A stretch of DNA of 64,000 bases from Octopus vulgaris. Its lineage: Eukaryota. The notes under the pieces are model-generated. The model worked only from the letters and a program-made list of their open reading frames with translations. It was not told where the DNA came from and searched no databases. Location: positions 35,712,001-35,776,000 of the forward strand of contig OX597840.1 of the NCBI GenBank assembly GCA_951406725.2. The letters run 5' to 3'. Shown one piece after another: positions 51,671 through 62,876 of this stretch (position 1 is its first letter; each line of letters opens with the position of its first letter). The position numbers and the translations under genes were made by a program.

Positions 51671-51739
51671 ATATATGTCTATTTTCTTACATATACGATT
51701 TGCTGGCTGTTATTATCATTATTATTATTATTATAATAT

Positions 51740-53932
51740 TATATTTGACTTTTGCTTTGTATTTGTACAAGTTGGCTCCAAGTCTCACCCAGAGACCTCA
51801 AGAGACAACAGGTTGGAAGTTCATGTTGGTGTTATGCCTAGGGTGCCATATATTTGTTTTTGTACATAGTGTTGTACTAGTGAATGTCTAAAAAAACCAT
51901 ACGAAAATTATGTTTGTTTTAAAACTTGAGATTACATAAAACGTATTTTGCGTAGGATATGAACAGTTCCCATGAGCACTATCTTTTGAATTTCTGCCAT
52001 TTTGGGGTTTCCTGGTGTCTGAGCTAGGTAGCAATCAGCCCCTTTTGCTATCATTCCCAGGGCACCCATGACAACAGGTATTGTTTTAGTCTTCAGGTTC
52101 CACATTTTGCTGATTTATATTTCAAGATCTTTATATTTGCTCAGTTTTTGGTAGGTCTTGACAGATACGTTTATATCGATTGGGACAGTCATAGCAACGA
52201 GGAGGCAGGATTTTTGTCTGAAGTCTTTCAATATAATGTCTGGCATATTCGCATCTGTCCTTCTGTCAGTTTGAATGGTGAAGTTCCAGAGGAGTGAAAT
52301 GTGGTTATTTTCAAGCACTGGGGGTGGTTTGTGTTCCCACCAGTTTTTATCATGGGGCAAGTCCAGGTTTTTGCAAATTACCCAGTGAATATATTGTGCA
52401 GCTCTATCATGCCTACTGAGGTACTCTGTAGGCGCTAGAAGACTGCATTTGGAGACAACATGGTCAATGGCTTCATTTTGTTGTCGGCATACACGACATG
52501 TTGGGCTACTGCCGTTCTTTAATATGTTGGCCTGGTAGTTTCTTGTTGGTAGGCATTGATCTTGAGCTGCTATGATAAACCCCTCTGTTTCAGATTTTAA
52601 GCCAGAGGCCATTAGCCATTGATGGGTCAGGGCTTTGTCGATATCTGCATTATTCGCTCTTTTTGGGTATTTGCCATAGAGAGGTTTTTCTTGCCATTTA
52701 TTATTCAGAATATCTAAGGCCGCAGTTTTGGCACGGGTTTTCATGCGCCTAGCTTTTTCTGTGCTTGTTTCTTGTATGTCTATCTCTAATTCCGAAATTG
52801 GTTGTATTCGGAATTCACTTAGATATTCCTTTGCCTGTTTTGTGACTGAGTATGATGCTTTCTTGTTTTCATGTTTTGAGACAAGTTTTAACATCCAGTC
52901 CTCAGAGTTTTTCAGGTAGGTGTCTAGGCCAATTGTAGCAATCTTCATTGTTATTGCCAGTTGCAAAAGACCACGGCCTCCCTCTTTTCTTGGCAGATAG
53001 AGTCGTTCTGTATCTGCCTTAGGGTGGTGCATTCTATGCATTGTCAACAGTTTCCTTATTTTTCTGTCGAGCTGACATATTTCAGTAATTGACCAGTTAA
53101 CAATATTGAAACTGTAAGTCACGACTGGTATGGCTAATGCATTGATCGCTTCGATCCTGTTTCTTGCATTCAGCTCTGTCTTGAGTATTGCTCTCACTCT
53201 TCGATAGCATTCTCTCCTGATCCTTTCCTTCATCTCTGAATGCCTTATTCCGTTCCCTTCAATTACCCCTAGGTACTTGTAGCTCTCCGCTGGGTCTAGT
53301 TCTTTTATGACATTCTGTTGGTCAAGGTTAACGTTAGATGTTTCTGTCATTTTTCCTTTGATAAAGGTAGCCTTTGCACATTTATCGAGGCCGAATTGCA
53401 TTCTGATGTCGTCACTGAATTGTTTGACTATCGCTAGTAAGCCCTTGAGTTGTTCGTCATTTTTTGCAAAAAGCTTTAAATCATCCATGTAAACGAGATG
53501 ATTTATATTTTTATCAAACATTTTATACCCGTACTGCGCGTCATTGAGCAGTTTTGAGAGAAGTATTAAGGATAAATAAAAGCGGAGTGGTGATAGTGAG
53601 TCACCCTGGAAAATGCCACACGAAATTTTTACATCACCAGCATTTAGGGATTCATTGTCACTGTTCAGAGTTAGTGTGGTTCTCCATGATCTCATACTTA
53701 CAGTCAAGAAGTTTCGCAGAGTAGGTGCTATCTTATACATTTCCAGGCATTTCCTAATCCAGCTATGTGGTAGGCTATCAAAAGCCTTTTTATAGTCTAT
53801 CCAGGCTATTGATAAGTTTTTGTGTCGTTTGTGACAATCTTCTAAGATCATCTTATTGATGAGTAGTTGGTCTTTACAGCGGTAGGATCCACGTTTACAT
53901 CCTTTCTGTTCATTAGGGAATATGCTGCTGTT
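51740..53932 (-). mobile_element. 5'-truncated R4/Dong-clade (restriction-like endonuclease) non-LTR retrotransposon, inactivated
   Basis: ORF 52115-53851 has RT motifs ([29 protein letters not shown]), a CCHC finger (CRVC..HVVSKC) and an RLE PD motif. A premature TAA at 52115 replaces GAA (Glu) seen in the sister copy at ~42815; the frame continues to a stop at ~51932. Both ends abut (TAA)n/(TTA)n tracts. Confidence 0.92.
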
Positions 53933-53947
53933 TATTATGATTATTAC

Positions 53948-54005
<58 letters not shown>

Positions 54006-54098
54006 TGTAACCCCCCAAACTTTATGTCTGTTTTTGTATTGTCTCATCCTGGTGGCAGAATCGTACACACAAATATATATACGTATATTAGTGTGTGC

Positions 54099-54142
<44 letters not shown>

Positions 54143-54572
54143 GGGGAGTAAATCCAAATTTACAGGGAAAAACTAGATTTAGGATTAAATCTAATTTCAC
54201 AGTATAAATATAAATTAAATTAGAGATAAAACCACTATTAGGCAAATCAAACAGTGAAAAACAGAAACCAAAACATAAAAATAAAAATAATTAATATAAT
54301 TTACAAAATATATAAAATATAAAATTTAAATTATTTAAATTTAAAATTATTAATTGATTTGCCTAATAGTGGTTTTATGTTTATTAATAATAGTCGTCTT
54401 TTGTTTATTTCCGTAAACCTGCCTTCGTCTTTTGTCTATTTTCATAAAGCTTCCCGTTATATATATATATATATATATATGTACGTATTTCTTTCATTTC
54501 ACAGCGGATAGATATGGTATGGCCATTGCTAATCGAATTCACTTTCTTTCATTTCTCAGGAAAGGACCAACG

Positions 54573-54764
54573 ATGTGTGTCTCAGCGACTCTCTTTGCCC
54601 CTCTACTGTTATCAGCGTGTGTGCTATCAGTGTCATCTCTCGCCACCGATTCCCCTGAACTCACAGACACATTCGGCTCTCTATATACGACAAACCTCAA
54701 AGAATTCAATGACTTTCCCATTTATTTCGATCGGAAAATTCCGGAATGGTTAAAAGGAAATCTG
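54573..54764 (+). CDS. Carotenoid cleavage oxygenase (BCO/RPE65/NinaB superfamily, BCO-like), coding exon 1 with signal-peptide-like start
   Basis: [26 protein letters not shown]...[17 protein letters not shown] contains the family N-terminal IPxWLxGxL motif. Donor CTG|gtcagt, phase 0. An alternative in-frame ATG lies at 54519. Confidence 0.85.
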
Positions 54765-54769
54765 GTCAG

Positions 54770-54989
<220 letters not shown>

Positions 54990-55659
54990 ATAATAACTAT
55001 GTATTAATATATCATAATAATAATGATATATATATATATATATATATATATACTCCGATTTAAAGCGACATTTATATATAAACAATTGACTGAAAAATGA
55101 TGAGCTAATGCAAGCTAGAATCAAACCCACAAATCAACGCTAACAAGGATCCTTGTGCATCCGATTGGGCCAAACGCTCACGCATCAATTTCGGCCAAAT
55201 TTTATGAATATATACTTTAACAGTCCAATACTACACATAATATTTGTAAACAAACCAGAAGATTTTGTGAGTTACGGAGAGAGAGCGACTATGGGAGTCT
55301 ATTAGTACGACAACAACAACAACAACAATAATTATACATAATATATATATATACTCCGATTTAAAGCGATATTTATATATATTAACATTTTTCAGTCAGT
55401 TGTTTATACATAAATGTCGCTTTATATATGTATGTATACAGAAGTAATCTTTGTTGCCACTCCAACATGGCTGTTCCGTACGAACCGACATTACTATCAT
55501 TTTAAAAAACCCAAAAGATGGCCTCCTCTGCACCCGATATATATTGTTAGCAGGGGAGTTACTTTGTTTGTTATGTTTGCATGTATGTATGTATGTATGT
55601 ATGTATGTATGTTTGCATGTATGTATGTAGGTATGTATGTATGTATGTATGCATGTATG

Positions 55660-55780
55660 TATGGGAGGGCATAGCTATTGACCGTAGCAGGTGGAGAAGG
55701 ATTGTGCACGAGGTGACAGCTACTTTTGAGAAATCTCGAGTTGCGCATGAGAAAGTAAGGAGGGGTGTCAGGAAGGGCAT
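55660..55780 (+). mobile_element. RTE/BovB-like LINE C-terminal fragment in the oxygenase intron
   Basis: WEGIAIDRSRWRRIVHEVTATFEKSR matches the WExxAxDRxxWR motif. Confidence 0.6.
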
Positions 55781-56111
55781 CGTATATATATATGTGTGTG
55801 TGTGTGTGTATGTGTGCGTGTGTGTGAATGCATCTTTGTGTTTGTATCCCTTCTCGGCTTGACAACCGGTGTTGCCTTATTTATGTCCCTGTAACTTTGC
55901 GCTGCTGCCAAAGTGACCGACAAAATAAGTACTACCCCCACTTAAAAAAAAAAAAATGAACTGATGTTGATTTGTTCGACTGGACCCTTTAAAGCAGTGC
56001 CCCAGCATGGCCGCAGTCCAATGACTGAAACAAACAATAGATACAAGATAAAATCTGAAATATATTCCTGCCATTTCTCTCACCTAAATATTTCGTTTTA
56101 CTTCATTGCAG

Positions 56112-57512
56112 ATACGAAATGGTTTTGGTCAGTTTGAAAACGGCAAAAGGCATTTTCTCCACATGTTCGATTCATTTGCCAAACTGTCGAGCTGGAAGAT
56201 AACCGGAAACAACACAGCTCTTTTTTCAACGAAGTTCGTAAAGAGTTCCACTTACAATCAAAGCATGGCCACAGACGACATTGCTCCGTATCTCACCTTT
56301 ATTGGCGTCGAACCACCTTTTAGTCGATGGAAGCAATTTAAGTCTATCATAAATGGTTTGGATAATATGAACGTCAACGTCTATTCTTATCACAAAACGG
56401 CTAAAGCAAATGGTCAAGACGGCAAGGGTTGTTTTGCACTCACAGATTATTGGAAAATGTATGAATTCAACTGTACTACTTTACAGACCATTTCTGCATT
56501 CGAGGCGCCAGTTCCTCAGAAGTCATCACTTGGTTTCTTAAACCTCATATCCACGGCCCACCCTCTGCCCGAATTTGGTACAAATAACTCTTTGTTATTC
56601 CTATCGACGTTGAGCTTGGTACCCTGGGTGAAAAGTTCAGTGAAGTTTATTCGGATTCATACAGCAGAGAAGCGAGAAGTCATTGCGAGTGTACCCGTTG
56701 ACCAAATACCCTACATGCATTCTTTTTCTACGACCGAGCATTATGGGATATTGTTCTGCCATCCGATGTATTTGAACATTCCTAAATTTCTCAAAGAAAT
56801 GCACCCGTTCGATGGTATGGACTGGTACGGGGACAGACCGATCGACGTTAACATAATCAACTTGAAGACGGGCGAGATTATAAAAATGAAAACAGAAAAC
56901 AGCTTTGTCATGCACCACGCAAATGCCTACGAGGATGAAGATGGAAATATCATTGTAGACGCAGTCGGTTACGATGATCCGTTATTTGTAAAATCTATGT
57001 TAGTAGAGAATATGGTGAATCCAGCCAAACGAAAAAATATCCCGTTTTCAGCCCAGATCAGACGATATATTTTCAACGTTCAAAACAAGACAAGCAAAGT
57101 TCATACATTTTCCAGACCTTCGAACGAAACATTTCTCACTCGGTTCGATTTTCCGACGATTAACGAAAATTACCGAAGTAAACCTTACTGTTTTCTGTAC
57201 GGCGTGGCATTAAGGGCCATAGATAATAATTTAACAAGTATAGCTTTAATCAAGAAGGATGTCTGCGAAAAAGGAAGAGACAAATACTATTACAAGACCG
57301 GTGTGTACGTGAGCGAAGCTATTTTCGTTCCGACACCAAATGCGGAAGAAGAGGACGATGGCGTTTTGCTACTTCCGGCAGCAGACGCATCAACAAATAA
57401 ACATTATCTTTATGTAATAGATGCTAAAACCATGACCTTGATAAGTCAAGCGGAACTCCCTACGACAGTCCCTTACACATTACATGGCCATTTCATTCCC
57501 GAAAAACTGTAA
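56112..57512 (+). CDS. Carotenoid cleavage oxygenase, coding exon 2
   Basis: Acceptor cattgcag|. IRNGFG..HMFD, DNMNVN, TAHP, YMHSF, MHHANAYE, FDFPTINENY, SEAIFVP, EEEDDGVLL and LHGHF give the four Fe-ligand His and second-shell acidic motifs. AATAAA at 57912. Confidence 0.96.
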   Translation: MRNGFGQFENGKRHFLHMFDSFAKLSSWKITGNNTALFSTKFVKSSTYNQSMATDDIAPYLTFIGVEPPFSRWKQFKSIINGLDNMNVNVYSYHKTAKANGQDGKGCFALTDYWKMYEFNCTTLQTISAFEAPVPQKSSLGFLNLISTAHPLPEFGTNNSLLFLSTLSLVPWVKSSVKFIRIHTAEKREVIASVPVDQIPYMHSFSTTEHYGILFCHPMYLNIPKFLKEMHPFDGMDWYGDRPIDVNIINLKTGEIIKMKTENSFVMHHANAYEDEDGNIIVDAVGYDDPLFVKSMLVENMVNPAKRKNIPFSAQIRRYIFNVQNKTSKVHTFSRPSNETFLTRFDFPTINENYRSKPYCFLYGVALRAIDNNLTSIALIKKDVCEKGRDKYYYKTGVYVSEAIFVPTPNAEEEDDGVLLLPAADASTNKHYLYVIDAKTMTLISQAELPTTVPYTLHGHFIPEKL

Positions 57513-57641
57513 ATCGTGGAAATATATTCATAACAAACATGGCGGCGAGGCATAAAAGCATAAGTACTTTAATCTTATTATTTGCTCAATAGTTCACTAT
57601 CTCACTTTCACTTAGATTTATCTAGAGAAGATTAAACGCCT

Positions 57642-57707
<66 letters not shown>

Positions 57708-58211
57708 TGCACACGCACACAAACACACGTACACACATATACCACAAAGATATACTTTTAGACTACATCTGCTCTGCAACCACTGTGACCTGCTCACAAG
57801 ATGAGCCGAAAAATATACAAGCAGCTTGGAAAATTCCCACAAACTTTATAGTCCGACGAAGGCAACTTAGCCGAATCTTTAAACTCACTGTCAACGATTA
57901 ACACTTGTTAAAATAAAATATATATGATTCTATAATTAAATGTCTTGCGTGATTCTTCAGTCAATGCTTGCTACTTTTTTTAGATATAATAATACATGAA
58001 AGCCACACTAAAGTGTGTATGTGTGTGTGTGTTGTGTGTGTGTGTGTGTGTGTGTGTTGTGTGTGTATGTGTGTGTGTGTGTGTGTGTGTGTATGTTGTG
58101 TGTTGTTTGTATGTGTGTTGATTTGTGTGTGTGTGTGCATTTGGCGATACAAATCTGAGAAATAATACTCAGTACATGAACATATATATATGTATGTATG
58201 TATGTATGTAT

Positions 58212-58308
<97 letters not shown>

Positions 58309-58440
58309 GGAGATGTACTTGCATAGCGAGTGGCTTGATCTGAGATCGTGTGCTGGAACGAAAACAATTGCAGCGTTGAAGGTGTTTATAAGCCATTTAA
58401 GAAACACACAAAAACCGTTAGATTCACTTCAACATTTTAA

Positions 58441-58509
<69 letters not shown>

Positions 58510-58698
58510 TTCCTACGATGACCTTGTTACATGGAATGAGATGAATGAAAATTTACCTATATATAAATATAATAGTGAAACAGCTGTAAATGTTATTTTA
58601 ACTACAATTAAACTATGACCTTTTAATTAGCAATGACCAACTTCTAATTGTTAATTGTTGCTCAATTTCTTTTCTTATCTGAATATACATATACATAC

Positions 58699-58729
<31 letters not shown>

Positions 58730-58786
58730 AGCAATAGTAAATCTTAGAGCGAGTTATAAACAGTAGCTGCAACACATCGTGACGTA

Positions 58787-58979
58787 TATTTGCCATTTAA
58801 ATATGGCTAACCCCTAAGGGTGGATGCTACTGTAGTTTGTAGCCCCAGGAGGACACCTCCTCCACCTCTGATAGGGCACAGAACGTGTGTCTATAGCCAG
58901 CTGGAGGAGGTGTCCTCCTGGGGCTACAAACTACAGTAGCATCCACCCTTAGCGGTTAGCCATATTTAAATGGCAAATA
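58787..58979. repeat. Fold-back element/MITE with 78-bp inverted arms
   Basis: tatttgccatttaaatatggctaacc...ggacacctcctcca pairs with tggaggaggtgtcc...ggttagccatatttaaatggcaaata with one mismatch. Spacer ~37 nt; TA at both ends. Confidence 0.92.
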
Positions 58980-58980
58980 C

Positions 58981-59053
<73 letters not shown>

Positions 59054-60289
59054 CACGCACACGCTCACACACAGACACACAAACACACACACGCTTTCAT
59101 CGTGATGTAGGTGATTCAAGGGCCGAGAGTTTGATGCATGGCACTCATGAAACACACAGACAGATATTTATCGATATGCAAGCTTAGATAGATAGGTAGG
59201 TAGGTAGATAGACAGTAGAAGACACTAGGGTGCCACGCACTGAGACTGATCTCGGAGCCATGGGATTGGGAAGCAAGCTTGTTACCACCCAGCCACACCT
59301 TAGATGTATTTATTGCAAGAAACGGCCCTGACGTTTTACGTTGTTCTTTTCCACTCTAGGCATAGGTCCCGAAATTTTTTGGGAGGGAGCCAGCCGATTA
59401 GATCAACCCCAGTGCGTAACTGGTACTTATTTAATCGACCCCAAAAGGATGAAAGGCAAGATCGACCTTGGCGGAATTTGAGCTCAGAACCTAGCGGCAG
59501 ACGAAATACCTATTTCTTTACTACCCACAAGGGGCTAAACACAGAGGGGACAAACAAGGACAGACAAACGGATTAAGTCGATTACATCGACCCCAGTGCG
59601 TAACTGGTACTTAATTTATCGACCCCGAAAGGATGAAAGGCAAAGTCGACCTCGGCGGAATTTGAACTCAGAACGTAACGGCGGACGAAATACCGCTAAG
59701 CATTTCGCCCAGCGTGCTAACGTTTCTGCCCACTCCTCGCCTTACGTTTTACGTAGTTTAAAAGTTTTCCGGTCACTGAAACGTGTCCAAGTGAACGTGA
59801 GAAAAACGAAATAGGAAATTTTGAAAGAAGCTTTGTTTTAAAACTGGGTTTTAAACATCAAGTAGCTATGGGTGTCCACCAGAATGAAACAGTAATCAAA
59901 AGGATCCATTGGTAAACAATTTTGAGAACCCCTGTCCGAGTTGGTTATCCCATTTGCTAGAAATAGCAGCCATATCACCCTGCAGCGACCATAAAGAAGA
60001 CCGTAAGGTGAGGGAAGTGATGTTTACATCATTCGTCTGTCAGATCAGAGCTGATGTGGTGTTCAAGCAGTCCTTTCTTCTATAGGCACAATGCTTGAAA
60101 TTTTGAGGGGAGGGGTTTAGTAGATTTCAGTGTTAAACTGGTATCTTATTTTATCGATCTCTATTGATGAAAGGCAATGTTCAACTTCATCAATATTCAG
60201 CAATGGCATCCTCGAGTTGTGTCCCTTGAATAGTGTCATAAAGAGTATATATTGATTATCTCCCCTGGACGCTAGAACCCGGAGAAGTG

Positions 60290-60326
60290 TGGTTTGTGTG
60301 TGTGTGTGTGTGTGTGTAAGTGTGTG

Positions 60327-60357
<31 letters not shown>

Positions 60358-60830
60358 AAGTGTGGAGTTTGTGTGTGTGTGTGTGTGTGTGCGTGTGCGT
60401 GCGTGCGCCTGTTTGCGTGCATTTGTGTGTGCGTACATACATACATACGCATACACGTATACACACATATACATAGACACATACTTAAATACATACATAC
60501 ATGCATATATATACTAACATGCACACACACATATATACTTATATACATACATTCGTGCATACATACATACATACATACATACATACATACATACATACAC
60601 ATACATACATACATACATACATACATACATGCATACATACATACATACATACATACACATACATACATACATACATACATACACACATACATACGTACAT
60701 ACATACATACATACGTACATAAATACATACATACATACATACATATATACATACATACACACATACATACACACACACACATACATACATTCACACATAC
60801 ATACATATATATACACACACACACACACAC
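60290..60830. repeat. (GT)n and (CATA)n microsatellite block
   Basis: Seen directly. Confidence 0.97.
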
Positions 60831-61308
60831 GTTGGCTTTCAAAGAGTACTTATGAAAATCTAAATAGCATCAAGGGCGCATGCGCACATTCATTAACCCC
60901 CCCTCCCGCACACAAGAAAGAAAGACGAGAAGTGAGAAGTCATTGGCAGCGTCTGGAGGAAGAAGTGCACCGTGATATCATTATTGTTTATGCCGTCTTT
61001 TAAACGTTCTGAGTTCAAATCCCGCCGAGGTCGACTTTGCCTTTCATCCTTTCGGGAAGGATAAACTGCGTACCAGTTACGCACTGGGGTCGATCTAATC
61101 GCTTAGTCCCCTCCCGCCAAAATTTCGGGCCTTGTGCACTTTATCTCGCACTGCCATGACCAAGGTGCTGTATTATCAAGGGTATTCCAACCATGGCAAT
61201 CTTGTTGGTTTTTAAAATAAGAGAGGCGTTTGCTGATGGTCGCAGTATGTGATGTAAGGGAGATAAATGTGGTATAGAAATGTTTGAATTATCTCCCTTA
61301 GAAACGTT

Positions 61309-61343
<35 letters not shown>

Positions 61344-62489
61344 CTCATTTTCTTGTTTCACTCATTTGACTGCGGCCATGCTGGTGCACCGCCTTTGGTC
61401 GAACGGATCGACCCCAGGACTTATTCTTTGGAAGCCTGGTACTTATTCTATCGGTCTCTTTTGCCGAACCGCTATGTTACGGGGACGTAAACACACCAAC
61501 ATTGGTTGTGAAGCGGTGTTGGGAGGAAGAAATCGCGCACACACACAAACACACAAGCGCACACACTCTCATATGTATACGACGGGCTTCTTTCAGTTTC
61601 CGTCTACCAAATCCACTCACAAGGCTTTGGTCGGCCCGAGGCTATAGCAGAAGACACTTGCGCAAGGTGCCCCGCAGGAGGACTGAACCCAGAACCATGT
61701 GGTTGGTAAGCAAGCTTCTTACCACACAGCCACTCCTGCGCCTTTATTTATTTATTTCCGTGTGACTTTTTCTGTGATCGATTGTTTTATATAAAAATAG
61801 TTGGAAAATTCCCCGCCTCCCCACCATACACTGATTATACGGATTTTAAAAATAGAAAAAGAGCAATAAAACAAAATAGTTCTTAGAAAATATTTTGACT
61901 GGAAAAGTAAATGGAGACGGTCACAATAGGAATGACTCTGATCATGTTTGTTCCAAGGTTAAACAATAAGAGAAATGGTAAAAAATAGAAGCGGCAACAA
62001 CCATCACCGCCGCTAACCCCTCCACCCCCCACCACCACCGTTGCCCCTCTCCCATCACCACCACCATCACCACAACCACTGCTACCACCACCATCACCCC
62101 CATCACCACCACCATTGCCCCCACCGTTGCCACCACCATCACCGTCATCACCCCCCCATTACCGCCGCCGCCGCCACAACCACCACCACCACAACCACTA
62201 ATGATTGTATGATAGAGGTGTCTGCGGCAGATGGGTGGTAATTACCTCTTCACCCCGCCGCCAGTATTTGTGTTTCTCCCCGCCCCCCATTTTTCTTACT
62301 TATGGACTCCTTTGATTACTATTTTGCTTGGACGGACCACCGGAATCCTTTGATGTTTAAAAAAAGCCAATTATATTTTCATAATTAGATATTTTTAGGA
62401 ATTGGATAAAAAGGAATTGGATTAAAATATTTTGTGTATTGTAGAAATATAGACAATTCATTGTTGATGAATTTTAACAATAAAATGAT

Positions 62490-62876
62490 ATACGGACTCC
62501 CGGGGGTCAAGTGGTTCCGAAGGTCATGATATATGGACTCCCGGGGGTCAAGTGGTTCCAGAGGGTCAAGTGGATCCCCGAGGACCATGTGAATCTTCGG
62601 GGGCCATGGGGATCTTCGAGGGCTATATGGATCTCCGAGGGTATGTGTATCCCCGAGGGCCATGTGGATCCCCGAGGGCCATGTGGATTCCAGAGGGCCA
62701 TGTGGACCTTCGAGGACCATGTGGATCCCCGAGGGCCATGTGGATCCCGAGTTCCATATGGATCTCCGAGGGCCATGTGGATCTTCGAGGGCCATATGGA
62801 TCTCTAAGGGCCATGTCGATCCTTGAGGCCCATGTGGATTTCCGAGGGCCATATGGACCATGGATGAGAACCACTG
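62490..62876. repeat. GC-rich ~20-bp minisatellite ending in a hAT-MITE-like terminus
   Basis: (gagggccatgtggatcccc)-type units, roughly 14 copies, preceded by a duplicated ~43-bp unit. Ends gagaaccactg, the reverse of the CAGTGGTTCTC TIR type. Confidence 0.8.

Noticed and set aside
52115-53851. 578-aa RT ORF as a domesticated host gene or an active element
   Set aside because: It is 5'-truncated within the RT, has a premature stop relative to a sister copy and an apparently altered endonuclease motif (LVAMTVP versus IDMTVP in the copy at ~42880), so it is a dead insertion.
56112-57512. Assigning a specific symbol (BCO1, BCO2, RPE65, ninaB) to the oxygenase, or RDH12/RDH14 to the SDR
   Set aside because: Family membership is clear, but orthology cannot be determined without a phylogeny.
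61990-62200. His-rich 66-aa ORF
   Set aside because: A degenerate (CAC/CAT)n microsatellite.
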